Shown piece by piece: positions 52,007-63,291 of a stretch of 64,000 nucleotides of DNA. Made by a program: the position numbers and the translations under genes. The notes beneath the pieces are model-generated. The model saw only the letters and a program-made list of their open reading frames with translations. It made no database searches and was not told where the DNA came from. The stretch is from Syntrophomonadaceae bacterium (GTDB lineage: Bacteria; Bacillota; Dethiobacteria; DTU022): contig PWYU01000088.1 in the NCBI GenBank assembly GCA_003567725.1, forward strand, positions 551 through 64,550, in the 5' to 3' direction. Position 1 is the stretch's first letter. Each line of letters opens with the position of its first letter.

Positions 52007-52471
52007 TTACTCTGATTTAACATTTATTTCTTTTGCTTCCACTTCCGTAATTTTTTTGATTCGATTGGAGTGCCTCCCACCGGCAAATGAGGTGTTTAAG
52101 AATTGATCAACAATATTTAAAGCCAGCCCCGGACCAATCACCCTGGAGCCCATAGTTAAGACATTAGCTCCATTATGCTCCCTTGCGTATTTTGCAGAAT
52201 AAGCTTGACAGCAAAGGGCAGCCCTGATTCCTTTAAATTTATTTGCCGCAATAGACATTCCTATCCCTGTTCCACAAATTAGAATTCCGTAACTGTATTC
52301 ACCTGAACAGACTGCTTTAGAAACAGAAAAGGCAATGTCCGGGTAATCTGCCCGATCTTCTGAATAAACGCCAAAATCTTTGCAGATATAAGACAAGTTA
52401 TCTAGATGCTTACGGACATGTTCTTTCAATATGTAGCCGGCATGATCACTGCCAAGCGCAATTTTCATCAC
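52007..52471 (-). CDS. rpiB: Ribose-5-phosphate isomerase B
   Basis: SDHAG, DYPD, CGTGIG, HN.ANVL, F.GGRH. Confidence 0.95.
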   Translation of the reverse strand: MMKIALGSDHAGYILKEHVRKHLDNLSYICKDFGVYSEDRADYPDIAFSVSKAVCSGEYSYGILICGTGIGMSIAANKFKGIRAALCCQAYSAKYAREHNGANVLTMGSRVIGPGLALNIVDQFLNTSFAGGRHSNRIKKITEVEAKEINVKSE

Positions 52472-52986
52472 CTATTCATCCTTCCTTTTTCCTGCTTCTC
52501 TTTGTCTTCCATTAACTTAGTGCTTAATTTCTTGATACAGGCTCTAATCTCCTCTAACACTTCCCGATATTTTTTTAAGTTATCCCCCAAAGGATCGCCA
52601 ATATCGGGATCAAGATAATCGATTGCAGTATATTCTTTCAGGGTGAAGGTTTTACCTGCTAACCCAGGGAAAAGCTCAAGCAGCTGCTTTTGATGGTCCC
52701 TGGTCATAACCAGGATTAGATCTGCATCATCAACTATCTCCTTATTTATAGATGTGGCTGAATGGTGATCCAGATCTTCGATTCCTTCCTCTCTCAATAA
52801 ATTGCGGGAATGGATCGATGCTTTTTCACCCTCCACTGCAGATAATCCTGCAGACGAAGCGGTTACCTGAAAAGACAGCTCATTATGGACGGGATCATGG
52901 TTGAACAAAGCTTCGGCCATCGGGCTGCGACAGGTATTTCCGGTACAAAGGAACAGTATTTTCAACACTACAATCCCTCCTTCCAT
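52468..52986 (-). CDS. Low molecular weight protein arginine/tyrosine phosphatase (YwlE-like)
   Basis: CTGNTCRSPMAE, DIGDP. Confidence 0.9.
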   Translation of the reverse strand: MEGGIVVLKILFLCTGNTCRSPMAEALFNHDPVHNELSFQVTASSAGLSAVEGEKASIHSRNLLREEGIEDLDHHSATSINKEIVDDADLILVMTRDHQKQLLELFPGLAGKTFTLKEYTAIDYLDPDIGDPLGDNLKKYREVLEEIRACIKKLSTKLMEDKEKQEKGRMNR

Positions 52987-53004
52987 TTATTTTTTTGATT
53001 AAGC

Positions 53005-54060
53005 CTATCCTACATGTAAAATCCTGGTTGCCGCTTTTTTTAAGCGGTTCATTACCGCCAGGCCAAGCCCCGCAGGGCTGATTTCCTCTGCCAGGATTAT
53101 ATCTATGCCCTGCTGGTCCATACGGCGCATGGAATCATATAAAGTGGATGCCAGCTGCTCCGGACTGGCATTACATTTTAAGCTACCTTGCAGTGAAGTG
53201 TTGAGATAGCCTACCTTAAAACCCAGCTTCAGGTAATAGGCCGCCAGGATTTTGATTACAGTAAATCTCATTGAGGCTAAGCCGGTAATTAGGATTAACC
53301 TGGCTTCAGGAGAATAATGACGATATTTCATGCCCGGGGAAAGAGGTGTTCCATTTTGTTTTTCTAATTCGGCTATGAGGATATTCTCACCTAATATTTT
53401 TTCCAATTGTTCTTTAGATACACCGCCGGGCCGTAAAATTACTGGCTGTTCCCTTGTAAGATCAAGAACAGTAGATTCAACACCAACCTTACAGGGAGTG
53501 CTTTTAATCACTGCCTCAATCCGGCCGGTTAAATCTTCTAAAACATGCCGGTAATTAGTCGGGCTGGGGCGCCCGGAAAGATTAGCGCTGGGAGCTGCAA
53601 TAGGAACCCCGGATAAATGAATTAATTCCAGGGCAGATTGGTGATCTGGCATCCGCACAGCAACTGATGGAAGGCCGGCGGAGACAAGGGCTGGTATTTT
53701 CTCATTACGAGTAAGGACTATACTTAAAGGCCCCGGCCAGAAGCAGCTTGCCAGATCAAACGCCTTGTCCGGTATATTACGGGCAACTGATTTAAGTTGA
53801 TCGCAATCTGAAAGGTGGACAATAAGCGGATTATCTGGTGGCCGGCCTTTAGCTCTATAGATCCGGGCTACAGCGGCCGCATTGTTGGCTGCCGCCCCTA
53901 ACCCATAGACTGTCTCCGTTGGAAATGCTACCAGCCCACCACTTTTAATTATTTGTGCAGCTTTTTCTAAGGAACGGTGATCTTCTTTTAGCAGTAAAGT
54001 CCCTTTAACTGAAAAGGGCATTAATCTTCTCCTATTTTCAGATCGTTTAATATTCTTCAA
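53005..54060 (-). CDS. sua5: Threonylcarbamoyl-AMP synthase (Sua5/YwlC)
   Basis: FPTETVYGLG, KGRP.DNPLIVH, APSAN.SG.PSPT, PGMKYRHY. Confidence 0.95.
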   Translation of the reverse strand: MKNIKRSENRRRLMPFSVKGTLLLKEDHRSLEKAAQIIKSGGLVAFPTETVYGLGAAANNAAAVARIYRAKGRPPDNPLIVHLSDCDQLKSVARNIPDKAFDLASCFWPGPLSIVLTRNEKIPALVSAGLPSVAVRMPDHQSALELIHLSGVPIAAPSANLSGRPSPTNYRHVLEDLTGRIEAVIKSTPCKVGVESTVLDLTREQPVILRPGGVSKEQLEKILGENILIAELEKQNGTPLSPGMKYRHYSPEARLILITGLASMRFTVIKILAAYYLKLGFKVGYLNTSLQGSLKCNASPEQLASTLYDSMRRMDQQGIDIILAEEISPAGLGLAVMNRLKKAATRILHVG

Positions 54061-55651
54061 GAATCAGTTCAGCTATATTTTTGGCATGATCAGCGACTCT
54101 TTCCAGGTTGCTTAGCAAATCGAGGAAGATAACGCCCGCAGAGGGATGGCATATTTTCGTATTAATACGTTCGATATGTTTATTGCGCAATATTTTCTCC
54201 TGAGCATCGATTTCGTCGTCTTCTGCAGATACTTCTTTAGCCAATTCTTTATCATCATGCTCAAAGGCAGCAACCGCTTTTTTTAACATATTGGCAACCT
54301 GGGCACTGAAAGATCTAACCTCTTCCTCAGCAATATTAGTAAAGGGCAGTCTATCTTCAGTTTTCATTTCGCCAAGCTGCATAATATTTTCGGAATGATC
54401 ACCGATTCGTTCCAGGTCATTGGCTGCAGACATAATGTTGCCAATCATTTTAGTTTGCTGTTGAGACATTGAGTGCTGGGATAATTCGGAAAGATAAACA
54501 TTAATTTCTTTTTCCAGGCCATCGATCAATTCCTCCATCTGATCGATATGTTTAATTTTTTTCAGATCTTTTGTTAGAAAAACTTTTATTGATTCATCCA
54601 ACATTTCCTGGGCAATACTGGCCATGCGCAGCAACTCCTGTTTGGCACCGCCAATCGCGACTGCTGGAGTCTTCATAATGCGGGCATCCAAGTACTTGGG
54701 ACCAAAATCAAGCTTTTTATCCTCACCTGGAATAATGTAGCAGATAAGGCGTTTAAAGTACTTTAATAATATTAAAAAAACCAGGGTGTTAAAAACATTG
54801 AAAGCAGTATGGGTATTGGCTACCTGCCTGGGCACAGTTTCTGCTGTTTCTACAATAACACTGGTAAAAGGGTCGAGGAATATCAAGACCAGGATCACGC
54901 CAACAATATTAAAGACAACATGAGCGGCAGCCGCTCGCCTGGCTGCAACATTAGCACCTATTCCGGCTAAAACAGCTGTAATACTGGTGCCAATATTGGT
55001 TCCCAGTATTAGAGGAACAGCTGCATCGAAGGGTATTAAATCCTGGACCGTTAAAGCGATAATCACACCTGTAGCTGCGCTGCTGCTCTGAATTAATGCT
55101 GTAAACACGGCGCCGGCAAGAATTCCTAGAATTGGATAGATGCTGAACTGACGCAACATTTGATGAAAGGAATCCAAATCACGCAAAGGACTCATTCCCT
55201 CTGACATCGTAATCATGCCCAAGAACAACAAGCCGAGACCAAGCACAGTTTGTCCCAGGTAGCGCTGAAAACGTCGCCTGCCAAAAAAGTTAAGCAATGA
55301 ACCTATTCCGATAGCAGGCAATGCAATAACCCATATTTCAAAGGAAACCAGCTGGGCGGTAACTGTAGTCCCCACGTTCGCCCCAATTATTACACTGATT
55401 GCCTGGGATAGGTTCATCAACCCCGCATTGGCAAAGCCTACAACCATAACACTGGCTGTGCTGCTGCTTTGCACCAGGATTGTTACCAGGATGCCGGTTA
55501 AAACTCCAATTACCGGTTTATTGGTTAAGACTTCAAGAATGCGACGAAAACGATCACCTGCCGCTTTCTGCATCCCTGATGCCATAATTTGAATGCCAAA
55601 CAAAAACAAACCCAAGCCGCCAAGTGAAGTAAAGGCGATTTCCCAGAACAA
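54047..55651 (-). CDS. Na+/Pi cotransporter family protein with PhoU-like C-terminus
   Basis: Two QSSS repeats, GANVGTT/GTNIGTS, LERIGDH/LERVADH. Confidence 0.93.
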   Translation of the reverse strand: MFWEIAFTSLGGLGLFLFGIQIMASGMQKAAGDRFRRILEVLTNKPVIGVLTGILVTILVQSSSTASVMVVGFANAGLMNLSQAISVIIGANVGTTVTAQLVSFEIWVIALPAIGIGSLLNFFGRRRFQRYLGQTVLGLGLLFLGMITMSEGMSPLRDLDSFHQMLRQFSIYPILGILAGAVFTALIQSSSAATGVIIALTVQDLIPFDAAVPLILGTNIGTSITAVLAGIGANVAARRAAAAHVVFNIVGVILVLIFLDPFTSVIVETAETVPRQVANTHTAFNVFNTLVFLILLKYFKRLICYIIPGEDKKLDFGPKYLDARIMKTPAVAIGGAKQELLRMASIAQEMLDESIKVFLTKDLKKIKHIDQMEELIDGLEKEINVYLSELSQHSMSQQQTKMIGNIMSAANDLERIGDHSENIMQLGEMKTEDRLPFTNIAEEEVRSFSAQVANMLKKAVAAFEHDDKELAKEVSAEDDEIDAQEKILRNKHIERINTKICHPSAGVIFLDLLSNLERVADHAKNIAELILEEY

Positions 55652-55915
55652 TAGCTAACCTCCCTGAGGAGCCGTATATTATTGCTGATCAACTATTATT
55701 TAAATTATAAAGCAGAAAATAACCCTTTACAATAAACAATAACACTTAAACTGGTATTTCGTAAAGTAAAATAATGCGTCAAGCAATTGGCGTTAACAGC
55801 GGAATTATTAAATATATTACAATAACTCCATTTAAATCTGATGCTACCGGTAATAATAGCAAAAGAGAGGAGCCTGTCAAGTATGATATAATCAAAAAAC
55901 GGGGGTGTTGGACAA

Positions 55916-56335
55916 TTGTCTGAATTAATTCGTTTTGGCATATCAATGGACAAAGACTTGTTGGGCAGGCTGGACAAGGAAATTGTAAAAAGAGGCTACC
56001 CCAATCGATCGGAGGCAATCCGTGATTTAGTCAGATCACAACTGGTTGAACTGGAATGGTCCCAGGAAGATGAAGAGGTTGCCGGCACAGTAACAATTAT
56101 TTATGATCATCACGTTCGAGGTTTAAGCGATATGCTTTTAGAGCTGCAGCATGAACACCATGAAATGATCATTTCAGTTATGCACGTCCATCTAGAACAT
56201 GATAATTGCCTCGAAATAATGGTTATTAAAGGAAAGGCCAGTGAAGCTAGAGAGCTGGCCGGGAGATTAATCGGGGTTAAAGGAGTTAAACATGGTAAAT
56301 TAACAATTTCATCAACCGGTAAAAGGTTGAATTAA
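55916..56335 (+). CDS. nikR: Nickel-responsive regulator NikR
   Basis: RFGIS RHH, NRSEAIRD, YDHH, HVHL.HDNCLE. Confidence 0.95.
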   Translation: MSELIRFGISMDKDLLGRLDKEIVKRGYPNRSEAIRDLVRSQLVELEWSQEDEEVAGTVTIIYDHHVRGLSDMLLELQHEHHEMIISVMHVHLEHDNCLEIMVIKGKASEARELAGRLIGVKGVKHGKLTISSTGKRLN

Positions 56336-56423
56336 ATTATACCCCTATTTCCAGCTACCATAAATATAACTAGAGCGAGGCTTCTTCAGGCACTTACTCT
56401 TGCTGGCTGACATGCTATGCTTA

Positions 56424-57356
56424 TTAGATTAAACCTTCTATTACCCGCGGCCAGCCGTTAAGGTCAATACGCCATTTAAGCGATTTAAAAAGGCCTGTAT
56501 TAAAGCATAACGTTTCAATTTCTTCTTTTTGTGTGGATCCCACCTCCATTAGAAGTACAGCAGGGCCTTCCACAAATTCCCCAATACGGGATAAAATAGC
56601 CCGATAACCATCTAAACCGTCATAACCTCCGTCCAACGCACCCGCTGGCTCATAATCTTTAACTCCCCTGGGTAGCGTTTCAAGCTCTTTTTCCCCCAGA
56701 TAAGGTGGATTTGAAACTATCAAGTGTAAACGTGGTTTAAGCTCAGTGCAGTCAAAAGCATCAAAATAGTCACCCTGTAGAAAGTGAATGCGATTGGCTA
56801 CAGCATGTTCTATAGCATTTAGCCTGGCTACTTTTAAAGAGGCTCCTGAGATATCGCTCGCCCATAGAAGCGAATCAGGAAGCAGCAAGGCCAGAGTAAC
56901 AGCAAGGGCCCCGCTGCCTGTGCCCAGGTCAGCACATTCAATTGGCTGATCATGTCTGGTTTTGAGCCATGCATGCCATTCCAAAGCGCAGTCAACAATT
57001 AGCTCGGTTTCCGGCCTGGGAATTAAAACATCCCGGTTTATGATAAAACGCTTGCCATAAAAATATTTTTCACCAGCGATATAGGCAAACGGTTCCTGAC
57101 GACATCTGCGTTCAACTGCGTCTTGAAAAAAGGATCCTAATTCCGGAGTCAAAATTTCATCCTGAGAGAGAAACAGTTTCAGCCGATCGGTTTTCATAAT
57201 TAAAGCCAACAGATATTCCGCCTCTTTTCGAGGTTGGTCTATGCAGGCTTTTTGCAAGCAAAAAGAAGCTCTCTGTAGAGCTTCTTTAATCGTCCGGTCT
57301 TTCAATAGTTTGTCATCCTCCATTAACTTTAAGCTGTTCAGACCGATCATTAGCAA
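56424..57356 (-). CDS. prmC: Release factor glutamine methyltransferase
   Basis: [28 protein letters not shown]; exact start uncertain (about 57305-57323). Confidence 0.95.
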   Translation of the reverse strand: MLMIGLNSLKLMEDDKLLKDRTIKEALQRASFCLQKACIDQPRKEAEYLLALIMKTDRLKLFLSQDEILTPELGSFFQDAVERRCRQEPFAYIAGEKYFYGKRFIINRDVLIPRPETELIVDCALEWHAWLKTRHDQPIECADLGTGSGALAVTLALLLPDSLLWASDISGASLKVARLNAIEHAVANRIHFLQGDYFDAFDCTELKPRLHLIVSNPPYLGEKELETLPRGVKDYEPAGALDGGYDGLDGYRAILSRIGEFVEGPAVLLMEVGSTQKEEIETLCFNTGLFKSLKWRIDLNGWPRVIEGLI

Positions 57357-58383
57357 TCAGTTCACTAATTATTTCATCAAGATCTCCATTAAGAACCAAT
57401 TCTAATTTATGTAAAGTTAAACCGATCCGGTGATCGGTAACCCTGTTTTGCGGGAAGTTATATGTGCGTATCCTTTCGCTGCGATCGCCGCTTCCAACCA
57501 TTGTTTTCCTCGTTTCAGCCAGTTCAGCTGTCTGTTCAGATATATATTTATCCAAAAGGCGGCTTCGCAATATTCGTAAAGCTTTTTCCTTGTTTTGAAG
57601 CTGTGATTTTTCATCTTGACAGCTAACCACCAGGCCAGTAGGAATATGAGTGATGCGAATAGCGGACTGAGTTGTATTGACACTTTGCCCACCCGGCCCG
57701 GTTGCACAAAAAGTATCAATCCGTAAATCCTGCTGGCTTATTTCAACTTCTACTTCTTCTACTTCGGGTAGAACGGCCACTGTGGCAGCAGAAGTATGGA
57801 TACGTCCTCCTGACTCAGTGGAGGGGATTCGCTGAACGCGGTGCACACCACTTTCAAATTTTAACCGGCTGTAGGCACCTTTACCCTCAATCCCCAAAAT
57901 AACTTCTTTATAGCCCCCGATATCAGTAGGATGTGCTTCTACAATTTCTGCTTTCAAATTATTTTGTTCGGCATAACGTGAATACATTTTTAATAGATCT
58001 GCAGCAAAAAGAGCTGCCTCTTCTCCGCCGGTCCCTGCTCTTATCTCAATAAAAACATTTTTTTCATCATAAGGATCTTTAGGAAGCAATTCTTCTTTGA
58101 GATCAGCTTCAAGCTTTTCCTTTTCCTGTTTCAAGGTTTCAACTTCATCTTTAAAGTATTCTTCCATATCTTCATCTTCGTTGCCGGAAATTAATTCTTC
58201 CGCTTCTTTGATTTCCAAATCAACTTTTTTCAAATGGCGGAACAGCTCCACAACCGGAACGATAGAGGCCATTTCCTTGGATAGATTCATCCACTCTTCA
58301 CGACGCTCTATAACCTCGTGATCACTGAGCAGCTGTTCCAGTTCATCATATCTTTTTTCAATCATCTCCAGTTTATCTTGCAT
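57313..58383 (-). CDS. prfA: Peptide chain release factor 1
   Basis: [31 protein letters not shown]. Confidence 0.97.
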   Translation of the reverse strand: MQDKLEMIEKRYDELEQLLSDHEVIERREEWMNLSKEMASIVPVVELFRHLKKVDLEIKEAEELISGNEDEDMEEYFKDEVETLKQEKEKLEADLKEELLPKDPYDEKNVFIEIRAGTGGEEAALFAADLLKMYSRYAEQNNLKAEIVEAHPTDIGGYKEVILGIEGKGAYSRLKFESGVHRVQRIPSTESGGRIHTSAATVAVLPEVEEVEVEISQQDLRIDTFCATGPGGQSVNTTQSAIRITHIPTGLVVSCQDEKSQLQNKEKALRILRSRLLDKYISEQTAELAETRKTMVGSGDRSERIRTYNFPQNRVTDHRIGLTLHKLELVLNGDLDEIISELIANDRSEQLKVNGG

Positions 58384-59287
58384 CAGCAGTCACCTCTGCC
58401 TCGCTATCACAGACAGACTGTTTTTGACCATCTTCATGCTCAAGAACAGCTTTTAGCGCAGATAAAGCCACTTCAAGCTGACTTTTATCAGGCTCTAAAG
58501 TCGTCAACCGCTGCAACCATAAACCAGGTGCTACCATGAGCTTTACCAGCGGTGATGAACTCCTTGCTGAATAACGGATCGCTTCATAGGAAAGGCCTGC
58601 TACGACTGGTAGCAATAATAACCTTAAAGCAATCCTTTGAGCCAAATCAGGCCAACCAAAAAAAGAAAATAAGATGATACTGATAACCATCACCGTAAGG
58701 ATAAAGCTGGTTCCACAACGAGGATGACGGGTAGAAAAAGCATCTATATAATTTAAATCAAAGGTCTGATCATTTTCATAGCCATATATTACTTTATGCT
58801 CCGCCCCATGATACTGGAAAAACCGTTTGATATCGCCCCACCGGGAAATAATTACTATGTAAGAAATAAAAATAATCAGCCGGACCATCCCTTCGGTTAA
58901 ATTAAGCCAGATTGGTGGCCATGCTGGTAAGAAGCGGACAAGATAGGTAGGAAGGATAAAAAACAGACCAATTCCAAGCCCCAGGCCAAGAACAACTGTT
59001 AAAAAGCTGTGCCAGGCGGTAATTTCCTCTTCCTCTTCAGCCAGGGCTTCAGCTGCAGAAATATTTAAGGCTCGCACCCCCAGTATAAGAGCTTCAAAAA
59101 AAGCCACTGCTCCCCTAATTATCGGCCATCCTAAAGGCGGGTATTTTTTTGCCAGGGGCTTAATAGTTTCACAATGAATGCTAATACTATCATCTTCTCG
59201 CCGGCAAGCAATAGCCATATGATCTTGATAGCGCATCATAACTCCTTCTAAAACTGCCTGTCCCCCAACCTTGTGTTTGTTATTCAT
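58373..59287 (-). CDS. DUF1385 family membrane protein
   Basis: [33 protein letters not shown]. Confidence 0.92.
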   Translation of the reverse strand: MNNKHKVGGQAVLEGVMMRYQDHMAIACRREDDSISIHCETIKPLAKKYPPLGWPIIRGAVAFFEALILGVRALNISAAEALAEEEEEITAWHSFLTVVLGLGLGIGLFFILPTYLVRFLPAWPPIWLNLTEGMVRLIIFISYIVIISRWGDIKRFFQYHGAEHKVIYGYENDQTFDLNYIDAFSTRHPRCGTSFILTVMVISIILFSFFGWPDLAQRIALRLLLLPVVAGLSYEAIRYSARSSSPLVKLMVAPGLWLQRLTTLEPDKSQLEVALSALKAVLEHEDGQKQSVCDSEAEVTADAR

Positions 59288-59311
59288 ATTAGATCCCTTC
59301 TTTACTTAAAG

Positions 59312-59339
59312 AAAAAAGCAGAGCGCACAGGCTCTGCTC
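59312..59339 (-). terminator. Terminator after rpmE
   Basis: AGCAGAGC...GCTCTGCT hairpin plus T run on the minus strand. Confidence 0.7.
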
Positions 59340-59345
59340 GGCGCT

Positions 59346-59543
59346 TTACCTTCCGTATTTGCGTTTAAAGCGTTCTACACGGCCCCCGGTATCAACAAAT
59401 TTTTGCTTACCGGTAAAAAACGGGTGGCATTTGGAACAGATCTCTACTTTTAAAGATTCCTTGGTGGAACCGACTTCAAAAGTTTCTCCACAAGCACAGC
59501 TCACCCGGGCTTTATGAAATTCATGATGAATGTTTGGCTTCAT
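59346..59543 (-). CDS. rpmE: 50S ribosomal protein L31 (Zn-binding type)
   Basis: [20 protein letters not shown]. Confidence 0.97.
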   Translation of the reverse strand: MKPNIHHEFHKARVSCACGETFEVGSTKESLKVEICSKCHPFFTGKQKFVDTGGRVERFKRKYGR

Positions 59544-59885
59544 TTCTTTTCCTCCTTAATACTTTCTTCGACTACAAATCATAGCATATTGCCTTTTATT
59601 CTGCAACTAGCAATTAGAGAGTTCGCTGCGTCACCATGAGAAGGTTCTTTCTAGTCCCGCTCCACTCGTGTATATTTTTTAACCACCCAGAGTGGTAATA
59701 ACAAAGCCTCGATTAGATTCGGAGCAACAGAAGTGCGGGCGGTTCGGCGCGCGCCTACATAAAGTACGATAAACAACCGTCAGGCAGGTAGCCGTTCAAG
59801 GGTCAATCAGATCCGGCACAAAGCTATTGCCGATCTTCCAAGCATGCTTGTTTGCAGCTTGGATCCATTTTTGAGACAATACCGG

Positions 59886-61559
59886 TTAAAATACGGCCAC
59901 CTGAAATCCATAAATGATAATTAAGCCCAGAACTCCAACCATAAAGGTATAAAGAAGCGAAGGCACAATATTGCGCCTGATTACAAACCCTTCTCTACCG
60001 ACAATTCCACAAACAGCACAGGCGGCCACTACGTTATGCACAGCGATCATGTTTCCGGTTGCGCCGCCAACCGCCTGCATGGCAGAAGTTATTGTTATGG
60101 GTATTTCTAAGCCACCGGCAACACTAAACTGGAATCCGCCAAACAAGATATTTGACACTGTGTTCGAACCTGATACAAAAGCCCCAAGCGCCCCTACGAA
60201 AGGCGAAACCAGAGGCCAGGCCTGGCCAACTCGGGAAGCAGCAGCCTGGGACATAACCATAAGCATGCTGGGATAATCTGCGGCATTTATATCTGTCTGC
60301 ACCAGCACCCGGACCAGGGCCAGGGCAAAAAACAGGGCAATGGCAGCCGGAATTAATTGCTTTATCGTTCTCTGCCAGGCATCTTTGACCTTCTCCCCGG
60401 GAATTTGATGAAGCAAAATTGTAACCAGGGCAATCAAAATAAAAGGTATTGTACCTGGCAGCCATAACGGGGTTATATTCCAGGCTACTCCTTCCTGACC
60501 TAAAATTTCCGGCCATTCGAATGTAACAGCGGTTAATATCTTATCCAGGCCAAATAGCCCCAAACGGGTGATGACCAGGATTATGGCAACCAGGACGTAA
60601 GGCATCCAGGCCACAGGCATGGACATGGAAGATGCGGAAGATTTTTCTGCCCTATCCGTCTTCAGCGGTTCCCCCCAATCTTCTTCCCATTCTTCTTCCC
60701 GGGGGAAGTCCCAGGTTTCTTTGGGCACCAGGAAACCGGCCCGCGCTGCGGTTGTCACAATAAACAAACCGATCAATGCGCCAACAACAGAGGGAAGCTC
60801 CGGGCCGACAAAGTAGGCCATTATGAAGTAAGGAACGGTAAAGGACAACCCGGCAAAGATTGCAAAAGGTGTTGCTTTTAACCCTTCCTTGAAGGATTTA
60901 TTTTTACCATAAAACCGGGTCAGCATTGCCACTACTAATAAGGGAAGAAATGTTCCGACCAGGCCGTGGAAAACTGCCGACCAAATGCCGACTTCAACCA
61001 GGAATTCTCGCATGACCATGCCTTCCGGTAGCATGCCCGAAACAGCGGCTTCTGTACCTACAATAATCGGCGCACCCACTGCGCCAAAGGTCACCGAGGT
61101 TGAATTAAAAATAAGGGCTGACATCACTGCTGCCAGGGGCGGGAAACCAAGTCCCATCAAAAGAGGAGCAGCCAGGGCGGCAGGAGTGCCAAACCCGGCA
61201 GCCCCTTCAATAAACGATACAAACATCCAGCCGATAATCAAGACCTGGATGCGGCGATCAGGGGAAATCCCATCGAATCCCCTGTTAATTACATCTATTG
61301 CTCCGCTGTTTCTCATGGTGTTAAGCAGTAAAATCGCGCCGAAAACTATGATCAGGATGTCAAAAGCGGAAAGCACTCCTTCCAGGGTGGCCGCGACAAC
61401 TCGAACAAATTCGACCTGCCAGACAGCTAATCCTAGAATTACAGCCAGGCCCCAGGCCAGGGGCATCGTTTTTTTTGCCGGCCACATAAAACCAGCCATC
61501 AATACAATCACAAGCAGGATTGGTAGGGCAGCAGTTAATGCCAGTAGTTCATCAGGCAA
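59886..61559 (-). CDS. lctP: L-lactate permease
   Basis: [32 protein letters not shown]; TTG start with AAAGGAG RBS. Confidence 0.9.
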   Translation of the reverse strand: MPDELLALTAALPILLVIVLMAGFMWPAKKTMPLAWGLAVILGLAVWQVEFVRVVAATLEGVLSAFDILIIVFGAILLLNTMRNSGAIDVINRGFDGISPDRRIQVLIIGWMFVSFIEGAAGFGTPAALAAPLLMGLGFPPLAAVMSALIFNSTSVTFGAVGAPIIVGTEAAVSGMLPEGMVMREFLVEVGIWSAVFHGLVGTFLPLLVVAMLTRFYGKNKSFKEGLKATPFAIFAGLSFTVPYFIMAYFVGPELPSVVGALIGLFIVTTAARAGFLVPKETWDFPREEEWEEDWGEPLKTDRAEKSSASSMSMPVAWMPYVLVAIILVITRLGLFGLDKILTAVTFEWPEILGQEGVAWNITPLWLPGTIPFILIALVTILLHQIPGEKVKDAWQRTIKQLIPAAIALFFALALVRVLVQTDINAADYPSMLMVMSQAAASRVGQAWPLVSPFVGALGAFVSGSNTVSNILFGGFQFSVAGGLEIPITITSAMQAVGGATGNMIAVHNVVAACAVCGIVGREGFVIRRNIVPSLLYTFMVGVLGLIIIYGFQVAVF

Positions 61560-61642
61560 TGGCAGGATCTCCTTTGCTATTTTTAGTTTCTTAGCAATCT
61601 AGCTCAGGTAATGGATCATTTTGCATAAAGACATTTTTAAAA

Positions 61643-63070
61643 TTACTCAATATCGAATATTTTACCGGGGTTGAGGATATTGTTGGGATCTAAGGCTTTT
61701 TTTATACTTTTCATCGATTCAATTTCAGTTTCTCCCAACACCAGAGGCAAATATTGTTTACGCTTATTACCGATCCCGTGTTCACCGCTGATTGTCCCCC
61801 CCAGCGTGTATATTTCCGAATAAAGATCGGTAAGCACTTTTGGAAGGAGATCCTGCCACTGTGCTTCCGTATGGGAAGGGTTTTTAACCACGGTGGCATG
61901 GAGGTTCCCGTCACCGGCATGTCCGTAACAGGGGATAAAAAGATCGTATTTTTGGGATAATTTTTCAAGAATCGGAAGAACCTGGGGGATTTTGCTCATG
62001 GGGACAACAATATCTTCCAGGGTCTGCCGCGGGCTGATCGCTTTAAAAGCTTCTGCGGCATTCCTGCGGACAGCCCAAATTTTTTCCTGGTCGGCTGGAG
62101 TTTGGGCCACATATGCATCCAAAGCCCCTTTTTCCGTGCAGAGGTCGCCAATATCCAAGCAGTCATTGAGGATTTGTTCTTCATCGTTACCATCCACTTC
62201 AATAATCAATACAGCACCAGCATTCTTGTACTGCTCCAGGCTTTGCCCTAAATGATTACAGCTGGTTTCCAGGGTAAGGCGATCCATGAATTCAATCCCG
62301 GTGGGGATAATCCCGACATCGGTCATTATTTTGGGAACCATGTCGATGGCTGTTTGTAAATCTTCAAAAAGAACCATCATATCTATTTTTGCCTTAGGCA
62401 GGGGAATCAATTTAACAATGATCTTGGTGAAAATACCGAGGGTTCCTTCAGAACCGACCATAAGCTGGACCATATTATAACCGGTGACATCTTTAACCCG
62501 CTTACCGCCAAAAAACGCCACTTCCCCTGAAGGCATTACTACTTCAAGTCCAATAATATAACGGCTGGTTGCCCCATACTTAATTGCCTTGCCACCGCCG
62601 GCATTTTCAGCAACATTGCCACCCAGGTAGCAGGTCAGAAGGCTCATAGGATAACCGGCAAAAAAAAGCCCTTCTTTTTGCACGGCAGAGCTAAAATCAT
62701 TAGTAATAATTCCCGGTTCAGTGACTGCCATCATATTGACCCTGTCAATTTCCAGGATCCGGTTCATTCTTTCTAAAGACACCAGGATTCCGCCCATGGC
62801 GGGAACTCCTCCCCCGGATAAACCGCTCCTTGCTCCCTGGGGGGTTACAGGGATTAGCTCTCTGTTAGCCAATTTCATGATTGCCGATATTTCTTTTGTA
62901 CTGTTGGGTTTGACCACTACCTCAGGCATGCTGTGATACTTTATTTCTGCGACTTCATCATGAGAATATTGTTTTAACTTTTCTTCATCATTAAACAAGA
63001 CATGCCTTTCACCTACAATGTTTTTTAAGGCATCCACTATGTCCGGGGTTACTCGTTGGTAATGATGCAT
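61643..63070 (-). CDS. FAD-linked oxidase (GlcD/LctD-type lactate/glycolate dehydrogenase)
   Basis: GGNVAENAGG, GSEGTLG, GHAGDGNLH, SGEHGIG, DP.NILNPGKI; adjacent to a lactate permease. Confidence 0.88.
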   Translation of the reverse strand: MHHYQRVTPDIVDALKNIVGERHVLFNDEEKLKQYSHDEVAEIKYHSMPEVVVKPNSTKEISAIMKLANRELIPVTPQGARSGLSGGGVPAMGGILVSLERMNRILEIDRVNMMAVTEPGIITNDFSSAVQKEGLFFAGYPMSLLTCYLGGNVAENAGGGKAIKYGATSRYIIGLEVVMPSGEVAFFGGKRVKDVTGYNMVQLMVGSEGTLGIFTKIIVKLIPLPKAKIDMMVLFEDLQTAIDMVPKIMTDVGIIPTGIEFMDRLTLETSCNHLGQSLEQYKNAGAVLIIEVDGNDEEQILNDCLDIGDLCTEKGALDAYVAQTPADQEKIWAVRRNAAEAFKAISPRQTLEDIVVPMSKIPQVLPILEKLSQKYDLFIPCYGHAGDGNLHATVVKNPSHTEAQWQDLLPKVLTDLYSEIYTLGGTISGEHGIGNKRKQYLPLVLGETEIESMKSIKKALDPNNILNPGKIFDIE

Positions 63071-63291
63071 ACATAATCACCCAAAAATAATAAGAATTTA
63101 CTTTTAATAATAAACAAACCTTAAAAAGATGTTTTTTTAAAATGCTGGCAAGCCGCCAACAGTCTAAAGATAATGCTACGCAGATAAAGCTTTGTCATGA
63201 AATGGCAATTACCGTTAGATTATAAATTGTTTGGAATTTATTGTATCTACATGTTAACCTTTAATAACCGCATTTATCCTTATAACCCAGT

